A stretch of DNA of 64,000 bases from an uncultured virus (IMG/VR IMGVR_UViG_3300021387_000812) (IMGVR_UViG_3300021387_000812), one strand, 5' to 3'; shown: positions 18,363 to 27,951, numbered from the stretch's first letter. Numbers and translations: made by a program. Notes: generated by a model not told the origin, from the letters alone.

Positions 18363-18407
18363 AGTGAAGTTGTTGTAGTGGGGTTCAATAACTTCACTCA
18401 TTTTTTC
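18363..18407 (+). terminator. Intrinsic terminator
   Basis: GAGTGAAGTTGTTG/CAATAACTTCACTC stem plus T-tract. Confidence 0.7.
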
Positions 18408-18468
18408 AGTTCTTAAGTCCGGGTAACCGGACATAAGATAAAAAATAATTATTTAAGGAGAATTGATT

Positions 18469-19083
18469 ATGGTTCAGATTACTCTCGTCTCTAATGACCC
18501 CCGCGTGAAGGACATCGTGTCCGAAGCTACCACCGTCCGTGAAATCCTGGAGAAGCATGACAAGAATTATGCGGTTGCCCAGGTTGCAATCGACAGTGTG
18601 CCGCTGCAGCTGGGCCAGATGGATATGCCCATCGGTGAGCTGATTGGCGGTGCGGAACGCTGCATCATTTCCTGCATGGCGAACAAGGATAACGGCGCCC
18701 AGGCGGTGATTGTCGGTTCTTCCTGCGTGGTAAAGTCCACTCTGACTCCGGATGAGATCAAGAAGATGAAGAAGCTGCATCCCGAAGCGCTGACGATGGT
18801 GGATGAAGACGGCGAGCCCGTGTTCGCAATCGATATCGATGAGCGGACTCCCGGCAGCATCAACTCTTTCGGCGCCTGCTTCGGCAATGCCACCAGCTCC
18901 GATGGTAAGGCGACGATCACCGTGCTTCTGGAGCCCACGACGGAGAACCCGGATGATTTGGTCTACGATAAGCTCGGCAAGGCTCTGTCCAATCTGGACG
19001 AGATGGAGAACGAGCTGCGCGAGATGCTGCCCGAACTGCACGAAGAAGAGCGTCGAGTTCGTGCGATGATTACCAGGATGTAA
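18469..19083 (+). CDS. Ubiquitin-like domain fused to a C-terminal domain
   Basis: About 74-aa beta-grasp-like N-terminus (TTVREIL..IDSVPL) ending ..KDNG; upstream of E2/JAB/E1-like genes. Confidence 0.6.
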   Translation: MVQITLVSNDPRVKDIVSEATTVREILEKHDKNYAVAQVAIDSVPLQLGQMDMPIGELIGGAERCIISCMANKDNGAQAVIVGSSCVVKSTLTPDEIKKMKKLHPEALTMVDEDGEPVFAIDIDERTPGSINSFGACFGNATSSDGKATITVLLEPTTENPDDLVYDKLGKALSNLDEMENELREMLPELHEEERRVRAMITRM

Positions 19084-19090
19084 CACCTTC

Positions 19091-19123
19091 CGACAGGGAG
19101 GGGTCATCCCTCCCTGTCGATTT
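19091..19123 (+). terminator. Intercistronic hairpin / weak terminator
   Basis: CGACAGGGAGGG/CCCTCCCTGTCG 12-bp stem. Confidence 0.65.
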
Positions 19124-19134
19124 AAGGAGGTAAT

Positions 19135-20499
19135 ATGTTTAGAGATTCTGTCACCCTTGAATCGTTCTGTTCAACAGAACTGGCAAGGAACCTGTATGAT
19201 GACACATTTAATAAAAGCGACAGCGTGTATACTCTGACCGCAATGGCATTGCTTTACCGGCGGTTCAGCAATTTCAAACTGTCATATGGTGATAACCCTG
19301 AAATCATTAACACTGACCCGAAAACATTCTCTCTGTATTTCCTGACAAAGTTTAGCATGGATGAGAGAGATGAATACTTTGAAAACCACGGTCTTGCCGA
19401 CAAAATAAAAGCGCTTGACAGGCACAGCCAGTTTTTATCCAACACTATGCACAGCACTGTCAAGATTTATACCATCCCGGATACAAATACAGTGCTGGTT
19501 TATCGTGCCGGTGGGCTTTCAACACCTTATCGCCGGCTGGTAATCAGCTTGATCCACAGCATGTTTGAGTCCATCGCGAAGGCCGAGCCGCTGTCGCAGG
19601 ATGAGATCGAGTTCATGCGCACACTCACGGTCAACGATAAGTCCGCATTCATCGAGCGGATGACCCGCATCGCGAACCGACCCGACTTCAAAGATTTCAA
19701 GCTGCGGTTCACGCTCGCCGGATTCGAGCGGAAGATCTATGAAAAGAAGATCAAGGCCGCTGAAGCCGCAATTAAGAACGCGAAGATTAAAATGGATGAA
19801 GCTCTGGAAGAATATAGGCGGATGAACAACGAGCGCATGGACGCGATGCTCACGCTGGTCGGGCTCCAAGAGAGACACGATAGCATACAAGAAGTGACCG
19901 AAGTCCAGCAGTACATCGCCAGCAACAAACTGCTCAGTGATATTGAGATCGACGACCGCAAGGTTCACTTCAATGTCAAAACCTTCTTGGCGCCATATAA
20001 CTTTGATGAATGGGATACATCGGTCCGCCGCAGTGATACGCTGTTTACTTATCATGTCGGCCGTGGACCCGTCAAAACAATCGATGACGCGAAACTCCTG
20101 CTGTCTGCAATCTTCTCGGAGAACCACTGCCTTAAGGTGAAGATGTGTGCGCACTTTGATATGGACTTCTTTGGTGCGGCTGTTGAAACAGTTGCCGCCT
20201 ATCCGTTTAATAAAATGCCAGGATATGAAGTCTACATTCCGAATCCGCATCTCCAGTATTACAGATGTTTCGGAGAGAACCAGCTGGATATCCTGAATGC
20301 CCTGGGTGAAACCGATATGATCAGCGCGATTGAAGCCTGCATCAATGTTGCCCGGCGAATCTGTATCTTCGATCCCAGCTACAGACATTTTGTTTACGAT
20401 CTGTATGGAAATGAAAACAAATGCATCGTCGCAGAAGATGGAACTGAAATGACGGTTGCAGAAGCTCTGACCTACCTGAAGGAGAAGAAGAATGGCTGA
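19135..20499 (+). CDS. Coiled-coil protein with putative E2-like C-terminal domain
   Basis: PNPHLQYYRCFG resembles the E2 (H)PH....C.G active-site pattern; operon context. Confidence 0.5.
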   Translation: MFRDSVTLESFCSTELARNLYDDTFNKSDSVYTLTAMALLYRRFSNFKLSYGDNPEIINTDPKTFSLYFLTKFSMDERDEYFENHGLADKIKALDRHSQFLSNTMHSTVKIYTIPDTNTVLVYRAGGLSTPYRRLVISLIHSMFESIAKAEPLSQDEIEFMRTLTVNDKSAFIERMTRIANRPDFKDFKLRFTLAGFERKIYEKKIKAAEAAIKNAKIKMDEALEEYRRMNNERMDAMLTLVGLQERHDSIQEVTEVQQYIASNKLLSDIEIDDRKVHFNVKTFLAPYNFDEWDTSVRRSDTLFTYHVGRGPVKTIDDAKLLLSAIFSENHCLKVKMCAHFDMDFFGAAVETVAAYPFNKMPGYEVYIPNPHLQYYRCFGENQLDILNALGETDMISAIEACINVARRICIFDPSYRHFVYDLYGNENKCIVAEDGTEMTVAEALTYLKEKKNG

Positions 20500-21091
20500 A
20501 ATGACTGAAAAGGACGTGAAGAACATCATAGACTGGTGGGCCAGCCGCAAAAAAGCAGATAAACCTGTAAAGATCTATTACACAGCGGATGCCTACATTA
20601 AAACCAACGCTCTGGTCCAGTATCACAATGAAGAAGTGGGCTGGAACATGATCATCAAACCATATAAGGATGGCTATCAGGTTTCAGATATCCTTGTGTA
20701 TCCGCAGAAGGTAAGCCCGGCGTATATATCAGTCGACACAGCGAAGTATGGAATGTGGAAAGCTGAATTAACAGATGAGCAGGACGCGAATCTCTTTGGT
20801 CACGGTCATTCGCATGTGAACATGTCGACCGGAGCCAGCGCTGTGGATGTACGTCAGCAGTACGAAGAGATCGCACTGAAGCACGGCGGGTTCTGGCTGT
20901 TCCAGATTTGGAATAAGCAGGGGAGTATAAACTCCTTCTTTTATGACCTGGAGAATGATCTGGTATATGAAGATGACTTTGTTGAAGTGTGCGTAGAAGT
21001 AAACGGAGAAGACCTGATGGAGTTTGCGCAGGATTCGTTTAATAAACTGGATTACGATATGAGCGATGTACAGACTGGAGTGATTGAATGA
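20492..21091 (+). CDS. JAB/JAMM metallopeptidase
   Basis: EVGW and HSHVNMSTGASAVD (HxH-x7-S-x2-D). Confidence 0.85.
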   Translation: MAEMTEKDVKNIIDWWASRKKADKPVKIYYTADAYIKTNALVQYHNEEVGWNMIIKPYKDGYQVSDILVYPQKVSPAYISVDTAKYGMWKAELTDEQDANLFGHGHSHVNMSTGASAVDVRQQYEEIALKHGGFWLFQIWNKQGSINSFFYDLENDLVYEDDFVEVCVEVNGEDLMEFAQDSFNKLDYDMSDVQTGVIE

Positions 21092-21762
21092 ATCTGTCAA
21101 AATCTTTCGAGTTTTTTGACCCGGAAATGTGCAAAGGCCGGGTGCATATCATCGGCTGCGGCTCGGTGGGTTCCACCGTAGCGGAGCTGCTTGCGAGATT
21201 CGGTATCAAGAAGTTTGCGCTTTACGATTTCGACGTTGTAGAGTCGCATAACCTGGTTAACCAGATGTTCACTCAAATGGATATCGGCCGGCCGAAGGTA
21301 GAAGCTGTGCGGGATATGATCCAGGCGATCAACCCCGAAGCCAACATCAAACTCTATCCTGAAGGCTGGAAGGATCAGGAGCTGGATGGCTATGTCTTCC
21401 TGGGCGTGGATAACATCGAACTCCGCCGCAAGATCGCTACAAAGAACCGCTTCAACGATGCGGTCAAAGCAATGTTCGATTTCCGAACCGGCCTGACCGA
21501 TGCCCAGCATTACGCTACGGACTGGAAAGATGTCAAATCCAAAGCCAACTTCATCAACACTATGAATTTCAGTCACGAAGATGCGATGGTGACCACCAGG
21601 ATGTCCGCCTGCAACGTATCTCTTTGTGTAGCGCCGACGGTGCGGCTGGTAGCGAACGTTGGAGTCACAAACTTTATCAATTTCCTGAAGGGAGAACACC
21701 TGTACAAGCAGATCTCTATGGATGCGTTCAATTTTGAGAAGGGAATCGACGCCATAGGATAA
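21088..21762 (+). CDS. ThiF/E1-like adenylyltransferase
   Basis: IIGCGSVGS, DFDVVESHNLVNQ, G.PKVEA; candidate catalytic Cys in SACN. Confidence 0.9.
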   Translation: MNLSKSFEFFDPEMCKGRVHIIGCGSVGSTVAELLARFGIKKFALYDFDVVESHNLVNQMFTQMDIGRPKVEAVRDMIQAINPEANIKLYPEGWKDQELDGYVFLGVDNIELRRKIATKNRFNDAVKAMFDFRTGLTDAQHYATDWKDVKSKANFINTMNFSHEDAMVTTRMSACNVSLCVAPTVRLVANVGVTNFINFLKGEHLYKQISMDAFNFEKGIDAIG

Positions 21763-21871
21763 TCCAATTGCAATGTATAAGAACTTGTGTTCACTACCGA
21801 TGTAATCGATAGATACTTTCCGAAAAGATAAGACAATTAGAACTTAAAACTTTGTTTTAGATTGCAATGGA
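21763..21871 (+). ncRNA. Retron-like ncRNA A (short)
   Basis: Closing arms TCCA(A)TTGCAAT/ATTGCAATGGA, unpaired G21775, two 5' hairpins, 3' hairpin plus AG. Confidence 0.6.
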
Positions 21872-21880
21872 GAATAAATA

Positions 21881-23023
21881 ATGATATATGTAACAACACG
21901 CAGGTTCAAAAAGAAGAAGAAGATTAACTGGCTGGACCTGATCTCCGAACCAGAACCGCCAGTGAACGAGCTGGCAAGTGATGGTTCAGCGGCAACTATC
22001 ACCCGCCGCTACGAAGAAGTGCCGGCTGAGCTGTTGGATAAAATCGATGTCCCGAAGATGATCAGCATTCTCAAGAATTACAATCAGCGGCATCAGAATC
22101 TCCACGACCGTGACAAGCGTTCCATGTATAAACATTACAGCATCCCGAAGAAGAGCGGCACAGGTCTCCGCCCGATCGACGAGCCCTGCGATGAGCTTCA
22201 GGATGCGCTGCTGGAGCTTAAGAATATCCTGGCAGATAAGTTCGGAGTGCTCCATCACACCAGCGGCTTCGCTTATGTGACTGATCGCTGCACGCTTGAT
22301 GCGGTAAAGAAGCATCAGGCGGGCGAGTGCAACTGGTTTTATCACACCGACGCGTCCGGATTCTTTCCGTCTACCACACTCAAGTTCACGATGAAAATGG
22401 TGAAGATGATCTTCCCACTGAGTGAAATCTGTAAGAGCGATGAAGGCTACAACGAGCTAAAGAAGGCGCTGAGCCTGGGCTTCCTGAACGGTGGCCTGCC
22501 GCAGGGCACAAAATTATCGCCTTACTTAACCAATGTGATTATGATCCCGATTGACTTCAAACTGTTTAACGATCTGGCACACAGAAGGTTTATTTATACA
22601 CGTTATGCAGATGATATGCATATTTCATGCAAACAATACTTCAAAGAAGAACGCATGACTGCTTATATTCAGAACGTCTTTAAGCAGTTCGACGCGCCCT
22701 GGGAACTCAAGCAGGAGAAGACGCACTACGGTTCCCGCAAAGGCAAAAACTATATCCTGGGCGTCTGCCTGAATGCGGATAACAATATCACTGTGGGCTG
22801 GCGCAACAAGAAGCTTTTTAAAGCAAAGACAACAAATCTGATTATGGACTTCCGTAACGGAAATCCCTGGTCCAGAGAAGATCTCATGGAGTACGCCGGA
22901 CTTCTGTCGTACTATAAGATGGTCGAAAAAGAATACTTCGAGAAGAATATTATCCAGCACTTTAACAATAAGTTTAAAGTAGATCTGGAATGGTTGGTAA
23001 AACGTCTCCTTAGTCGCAAATAA
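21881..23023 (+). CDS. Retron-type reverse transcriptase
   Basis: IPKKSG..RPI, DAVKKH (NAxxH-like region X), D..GFFPS, LPQG..LSP, YTRYADD, ILG (VTG-like region Y); no maturase or HNH domain. Confidence 0.88.
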   Translation: MIYVTTRRFKKKKKINWLDLISEPEPPVNELASDGSAATITRRYEEVPAELLDKIDVPKMISILKNYNQRHQNLHDRDKRSMYKHYSIPKKSGTGLRPIDEPCDELQDALLELKNILADKFGVLHHTSGFAYVTDRCTLDAVKKHQAGECNWFYHTDASGFFPSTTLKFTMKMVKMIFPLSEICKSDEGYNELKKALSLGFLNGGLPQGTKLSPYLTNVIMIPIDFKLFNDLAHRRFIYTRYADDMHISCKQYFKEERMTAYIQNVFKQFDAPWELKQEKTHYGSRKGKNYILGVCLNADNNITVGWRNKKLFKAKTTNLIMDFRNGNPWSREDLMEYAGLLSYYKMVEKEYFEKNIIQHFNNKFKVDLEWLVKRLLSRK

Positions 23024-23215
23024 TATCCACAATGAATAGCATTTAATCAATGCTCTATGCATGTCATGCGTAGGATAACATTAAATGGATGGGAGCAACA
23101 CCTGGATCTGCAGAGCAGTAGACTTCAGGAAAAGCTTGCACCATTTCCTGAAGTCTACTGCTCTGCAGATCCAGGTGTATGCAGATTTAAATACTTCGTA
23201 TTGAGATTGTGGATA
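23024..23215 (+). ncRNA. Retron-like ncRNA B (msr/msd with 35-bp perfect hairpin)
   Basis: Arms TATCCACAAT/ATTGTGGATA, G23034, two msr-like hairpins, stem 23098-23132/23144-23178. Confidence 0.78.
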
Positions 23216-23231
23216 AAGTCGATTAAAAAAC

Positions 23232-23264
23232 GTGGGACATTCGAAAATATATATAATGGAGAGA
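23232..23264 (+). promoter_or_regulatory. Conserved promoter-like motif, copy 4
   Basis: GTGGGACATTCGAAAAT-atata-TAATGGAGAGA. Confidence 0.72.
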
Positions 23265-23282
23265 GAAGTATTCTTTTGTTGG

Positions 23283-23315
23283 TAACGCCATAGTCATTCT
23301 ATGGCGTTATTTTTT
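23283..23315 (+). terminator. Intrinsic terminator
   Basis: TAACGCCATAG/CTATGGCGTTA stem plus T6. Confidence 0.75.
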
Positions 23316-23429
23316 CGTTAACGCGGAAAGGAGATGAAGAGATTAGGTATGCGGCGCTGTTCTCGCGGGCCCGCTGATGACTGCCGAGTGTTTTTAGATC
23401 GCGAAGATGAAGATTTTTAAGGAGAACAT

Positions 23430-26264
23430 ATGGCTGGCAAATCGTATTTAAAGAATCAAATCAAACTGGTGTCTTTAAACGCGAACGATATGTTCACGCA
23501 GGATGAGTTCGATAAATATATGGAGCTCATCGGTTTTGTTAACGAGATCGACCGACTGAGCGGCGATAAAAGCCAGGATGCCGCGCTGAAAAAGGCGGAG
23601 CTGGTAGCCGCAAAAAAGAACTGCAGTAAAGAACTCAGTGCGATGATCAAATCGCACAAAGGCGTACCCAGGAAAGTACGCCTGCCGTCGGTGGTGTATC
23701 ACTCAAAGGATGAAGAGATGCCGCCGGGTGTAACATGGCGCAATCTTAAGCGCTCCAAGAAGATCGCAGAGTTTGAGTCGGATATGTCACGCGCCATGGG
23801 CGTGCAGACGAACAAACACACTTTCGATAAGATCATTATCAAGTGGAAAAATCTGGATCTGCTGGAGCAGCTCGTGCTGGATGGGTTCACGATGGACCTG
23901 CTGGTGGACGGGCAGATTGTGCAGAAGAAGTACAGATTCTTCTCAGCTTCCGCTGGTCAACTGCGCCGCGATAAGCTCCAGATGGTCTCGGAAGATATCT
24001 GGGAGAAGATCAAAGATCGTATTGAGTGCGGGTTGGGCTGGAAAGTAATCAACGAAAAAGGTGGAGCGAACGTAAACAAAATGCTCGCGTACCTTGCCTT
24101 GTGTGGCTCAGCAACAAACCCTTGGCCGGGATTTGATATCAGACGATGCATCGTGATACCCGACTGGGAAGGGGAAGTAACCGATCGGATGTTGTATATC
24201 AAGCCTGATTATACGACAGAAGACGGTGTCCGCACTGTAAAGATCAACCATGTGGATGGCGCCGGCATGTACCTGACGGACGCGGAGATCGTACCGGAAG
24301 ATCTTCGCGGCAAGAACTTCATGTTTCGTGGACCGTACTTCAAAGGGCTGTTGAGTCCTTTTGATGTAATTGCCTTTTGCAAGAAGCACGGTGTCGAACC
24401 TGAAATCGAAGACATGTGGCACATCAAACACAATCTTGTCAAGGAAAATATCCAGGTTCTCTTCACTAAAAGCCAATTCAAAATGATTGGCTTTTATTCG
24501 TCTTGGGAAGAATACCAGGACACCTTCGAACGCTGCGGCTGTCAGTTTGGTGTAACCCAGTTTGAAGAAGATGAGTTCCCGGATAAGAACTACAATTATC
24601 AGATGGGGCAGACCCTGACCGACTTCACGGATGAAGAGATCAAACAATACATAGCACACACGCATGACAGAATCCTGAATCTTGCAAGCAACAAGAACGA
24701 GATGCTGAATACTTTGAAAGCCAGAGAGAACTCATTTGCGGCTGATAAAGTAGCACTCGCTCTGTATCCTGAGCTTCTTCGTGATGGCTATAACAAGTCT
24801 CAGCTTAAAGACATCAAGAGAAGAATGCTGATGGACGCAAAATCCGGAGCGATCAAGTGCAAAAACAAGCGTCTCTTTGCGTTGCCGGATTGGTATGCTG
24901 CGTGTGAGTATTGGTTCCTTCACGTAGAACGGCCTTGCGGCCTGCTGAAGAACGGTGAAATCGCCTGCCGCCCATACTTGTCTCACGAGAAGGCAGACGT
25001 GCTCCGTTCTCCGCATCTCTATATGGAACATGCACTCCGCAAAATAGTGCATAACCCGGAGATATACAAATGGCTCTGCTCAGATGGTATCTACACATCG
25101 TGTCACGATCTGATCACAAGAATTTTGCAGTTCGATTGTGACGGAGACCAGTTAAATGTGGTCGTAGATCAAACCATATTAACCGTGGCAGAGCGAAACA
25201 TCAAAGAGTTTGATGTAATCCCACTATTTTACGATGCAAATAAAGCGAAGCCGGAGATAATCTCTCAGGCCGCAATGTTCCACGGTCTCAAGCGGGCTCA
25301 TGAGTTCTCCAACATTGGAGAGATCAGCAACATGCTCACCCGTTTGTGGAACAGAGATAATCCAGACAGACTGGCGGCAGCCTTCCTATGCTACAAAAAT
25401 AATTTGATTATTGATGCAGCGAAAACGGGATACATCAACGACTATACCAACTATCCGGATGTGGAGAAGCGGATCAACAAAGCTACAGGCGGACCTAATG
25501 GCCGCATGCCCTTCTTCTTCCAGTTTAGCCGCAACGGACGTAAGGAGATTGCCAACGGCAAAAAGAAGAAGGTCTGGGCAAAGATTAACAACTCCACAAT
25601 GAATAGGATCTGTCAGGCATTTGACGATATCGGCAACATCAACATGAACTTCGCCGGTGTATCGCCATTTAACTGGCAGATGCTGATGAGCGCTCCGTGC
25701 TTTGATAAGCGGCCAGAGATCGTCTCAACCTTCTGTGAGATAGATAATAGCAAACTGTCACTCTCCATCGTGGAATCCGAAGAGAGCCCGACCGAGCGCG
25801 AACTGATGAAGAATAATGGCATTCTCGAAGAAGACATCATCTATACGCTTACGGAGAAGTACGGTAGTCTTGAAATCTGTTATCCGTATATCACAAAATA
25901 TCTGTTCTCAGGCGAAGGCGTGGGAAAAGCAACACATAAGCAAACCTTCTGGCGGGTGTTCGGCGATATCGCGCTGAAGAATCTGCGCGAGAACCTGAAG
26001 AACCATTACATCTGTGATAAGTGCGGCATGAAGATCCCGAACTGGGTGGATCTGGATCAGCACTTCTGCCCGAAGGATACTCAGGGATTCTATCAGTGCA
26101 TCGACTGCGGCAAGCTGTGCGAACGCATGAACTCCCGGCAGTGCAGGTGTATGGAGTGTCAGGTTCAGCACCGCAACGAGAACAAACGCAACAGTCGTCT
26201 CATGAAAAAACAAATCCAAAAGGAGAGTGGTGAAAAACGTACTTCATTCTTGCCATTAGTGTAG
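23430..26264 (+). CDS. YonO-like single-subunit RNA polymerase (double-psi barrel, RdRP-like)
   Basis: SAGQLR, DGAG, R.P.FKG, LRSPHL, catalytic DCDGD, IIDAAKTG; C-terminal Zn fingers. Confidence 0.85.
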   Translation: MAGKSYLKNQIKLVSLNANDMFTQDEFDKYMELIGFVNEIDRLSGDKSQDAALKKAELVAAKKNCSKELSAMIKSHKGVPRKVRLPSVVYHSKDEEMPPGVTWRNLKRSKKIAEFESDMSRAMGVQTNKHTFDKIIIKWKNLDLLEQLVLDGFTMDLLVDGQIVQKKYRFFSASAGQLRRDKLQMVSEDIWEKIKDRIECGLGWKVINEKGGANVNKMLAYLALCGSATNPWPGFDIRRCIVIPDWEGEVTDRMLYIKPDYTTEDGVRTVKINHVDGAGMYLTDAEIVPEDLRGKNFMFRGPYFKGLLSPFDVIAFCKKHGVEPEIEDMWHIKHNLVKENIQVLFTKSQFKMIGFYSSWEEYQDTFERCGCQFGVTQFEEDEFPDKNYNYQMGQTLTDFTDEEIKQYIAHTHDRILNLASNKNEMLNTLKARENSFAADKVALALYPELLRDGYNKSQLKDIKRRMLMDAKSGAIKCKNKRLFALPDWYAACEYWFLHVERPCGLLKNGEIACRPYLSHEKADVLRSPHLYMEHALRKIVHNPEIYKWLCSDGIYTSCHDLITRILQFDCDGDQLNVVVDQTILTVAERNIKEFDVIPLFYDANKAKPEIISQAAMFHGLKRAHEFSNIGEISNMLTRLWNRDNPDRLAAAFLCYKNNLIIDAAKTGYINDYTNYPDVEKRINKATGGPNGRMPFFFQFSRNGRKEIANGKKKKVWAKINNSTMNRICQAFDDIGNINMNFAGVSPFNWQMLMSAPCFDKRPEIVSTFCEIDNSKLSLSIVESEESPTERELMKNNGILEEDIIYTLTEKYGSLEICYPYITKYLFSGEGVGKATHKQTFWRVFGDIALKNLRENLKNHYICDKCGMKIPNWVDLDQHFCPKDTQGFYQCIDCGKLCERMNSRQCRCMECQVQHRNENKRNSRLMKKQIQKESGEKRTSFLPLV

Positions 26265-26302
26265 ACAAGGACGTCGTAAACGGTTCGTTCTGGCCGTCCT
26301 AT

Positions 26303-26752
26303 GTGCTCTGTAGGGCATTCACCACTTCCGAGAAGCGGTCCGGCTACCGGATAATCAAAATGTTTGAAGGGATGCCGGCCCGCAACATCCCAAGAGTGCT
26401 GTTCACAGAGACAATCGGGCACGAAGACATGATCGACTTCATGTCTTCTTATCAGTGCCAGGATAAGAAGGGTAAACACTATCACCCGCATGGGTATCTG
26501 TGCTGGTATGAATGCAACAGATACGGCGAACCCAACGGTAAAGTCATACCCATTAAAAAAGTACCAGAGTTTGTATGGATCTATGACTTTGCGAATAAAG
26601 GTTATCAAAAACTCAAAAAAGATCGTGAGAAGGTGATGAAACTGAATGAAGTGATTGCAGGTGAACCAAGGGCATCTCCCTTGGAACCATCGGACAGGAA
26701 GATCAAACTCACACAACAGCTGCACAAACAGAGATCAGGAAAGGGTGATTAA
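26303..26752 (+). CDS. Hypothetical protein
   Basis: ORF fills the gap; start uncertain. Confidence 0.55.
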   Translation: MLCRAFTTSEKRSGYRIIKMFEGMPARNIPRVLFTETIGHEDMIDFMSSYQCQDKKGKHYHPHGYLCWYECNRYGEPNGKVIPIKKVPEFVWIYDFANKGYQKLKKDREKVMKLNEVIAGEPRASPLEPSDRKIKLTQQLHKQRSGKGD

Positions 26753-26753
26753 A

Positions 26754-27545
26754 TTGGCAGCTCCCAAAAAGGAAATGAGCGATCAGCTCGCAAAGAACGT
26801 CCGGTTCTATAACCGGGTCATGGAAGTTCCGGAAGAAGCGCAGAAGGAGTTCAACAACGGCCGCTTCTCCGGCACGGATATCAATCCGATGTGGAGAATC
26901 AAGATGCTCACGGAGCTCTTCGGCCCGGCTGGCTTCGGATGGTGGACGCAGAACGTTCGTTACGATTTTGTGGATTGTCCGGAAACGAAGGAGATCCATG
27001 TCTTCTGTGAACTGGAGCTGATCGTCAAAGACCCGGAGACCGGAGAAGCCAGCCAGCCAATCTATGGTGTTGGCGGCAATACCTATCTTACACAGGGCAA
27101 GTATGGCGCCCGTGCGTCGGATGAAGCCAAGAAGATGGCTTATACCGATGCGGTGTCCATCGCCTGTAAGTCTCTCGGCTTCGGCCACAATGTCTGGTTC
27201 TCCAAGGATCAGACCAAGTATACCATCAACGATGTAAACAGCAGTGCTCCAGCGCCAAAATCCGCGCCGAAGGCTGCGGCTAAGGTTGAAACCCAGCCGA
27301 AGGTCCCGGCGAGCTCTGAGCCGGAAAACCATAAGGAAGAACCAGAAGCCAAACACACACCGGATACCGCCACTGTTATCAGTGAGATCGATGCGCGGCT
27401 GAAGGTACTCGGCTCAGATATGAGCCGCGAAGAGAAGAAGGAGTTCGCCCAGAAGGTGATCTACCCGACGCTCGGCACAATGAACTACAAGTCCTGTACG
27501 GACATCACCAAACTTATTGAACTGCGGGATAAACTCCCTGCTTAA
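26754..27545 (+). CDS. Rad52/Sak-like single-strand annealing protein
   Basis: L.ELFGP.GFGW and EA.K.A.TDA...A...LG.G motifs; adjacent to ssb. Confidence 0.75.
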   Translation: MAAPKKEMSDQLAKNVRFYNRVMEVPEEAQKEFNNGRFSGTDINPMWRIKMLTELFGPAGFGWWTQNVRYDFVDCPETKEIHVFCELELIVKDPETGEASQPIYGVGGNTYLTQGKYGARASDEAKKMAYTDAVSIACKSLGFGHNVWFSKDQTKYTINDVNSSAPAPKSAPKAAAKVETQPKVPASSEPENHKEEPEAKHTPDTATVISEIDARLKVLGSDMSREEKKEFAQKVIYPTLGTMNYKSCTDITKLIELRDKLPA

Positions 27546-27564
27546 TTAAAGGAGAATTATTATT

Positions 27565-27951
27565 ATGGCTAACGATGCTCACATCAATTTTGTCGGAACC
27601 GTGCTTCAGGACCCCACCAACCGCCAGGTAAATGGCAACACCGTGCTCAGCCTTCGGGTCGCGGTGCAGACCACCAAGCGCCAGGAAGGATCTCAGTATC
27701 CCGCCAGCGACATCTACGACGTCTCCGTGTGGGGCAAGCAGGCTGAGAGCCTGATGGAACGCTGCAAGGCGAAGTCGAAGGTCTATGTCAATGGTGACTT
27801 CATGCTTGGCGAACCCTGGACGGATCGCCAGAACAAGGAACACCAAGTGCTGCGGGTGAACAACGCGCAGGTCAAGGTTCTCAGCGGTGGCTCTGCGAGC
27901 GCTCCTGCGAACAATAACAGTAACGAAGAAGACGAAGAAGCTCCCTTCTAA
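27565..27951 (+). CDS. ssb: Single-stranded DNA-binding protein 3
   Basis: OB fold (VSVWGKQAE, KVYVNG, WTDRQ); EEAPF tail. Confidence 0.88.
   Translation: MANDAHINFVGTVLQDPTNRQVNGNTVLSLRVAVQTTKRQEGSQYPASDIYDVSVWGKQAESLMERCKAKSKVYVNGDFMLGEPWTDRQNKEHQVLRVNNAQVKVLSGGSASAPANNNSNEEDEEAPF

Noticed and set aside
21881..23023. DGR or group II intron RT
   Set aside because: PQG rather than the DGR SQ motif, no TR/VR pair seen, no maturase domain or intron domain V; retron-like X/Y regions and ncRNAs fit better.
23057..23293. 78-aa ORF after the RT
   Set aside because: No RBS; spans the 35-bp hairpin and promoter motif, better explained as ncRNA.
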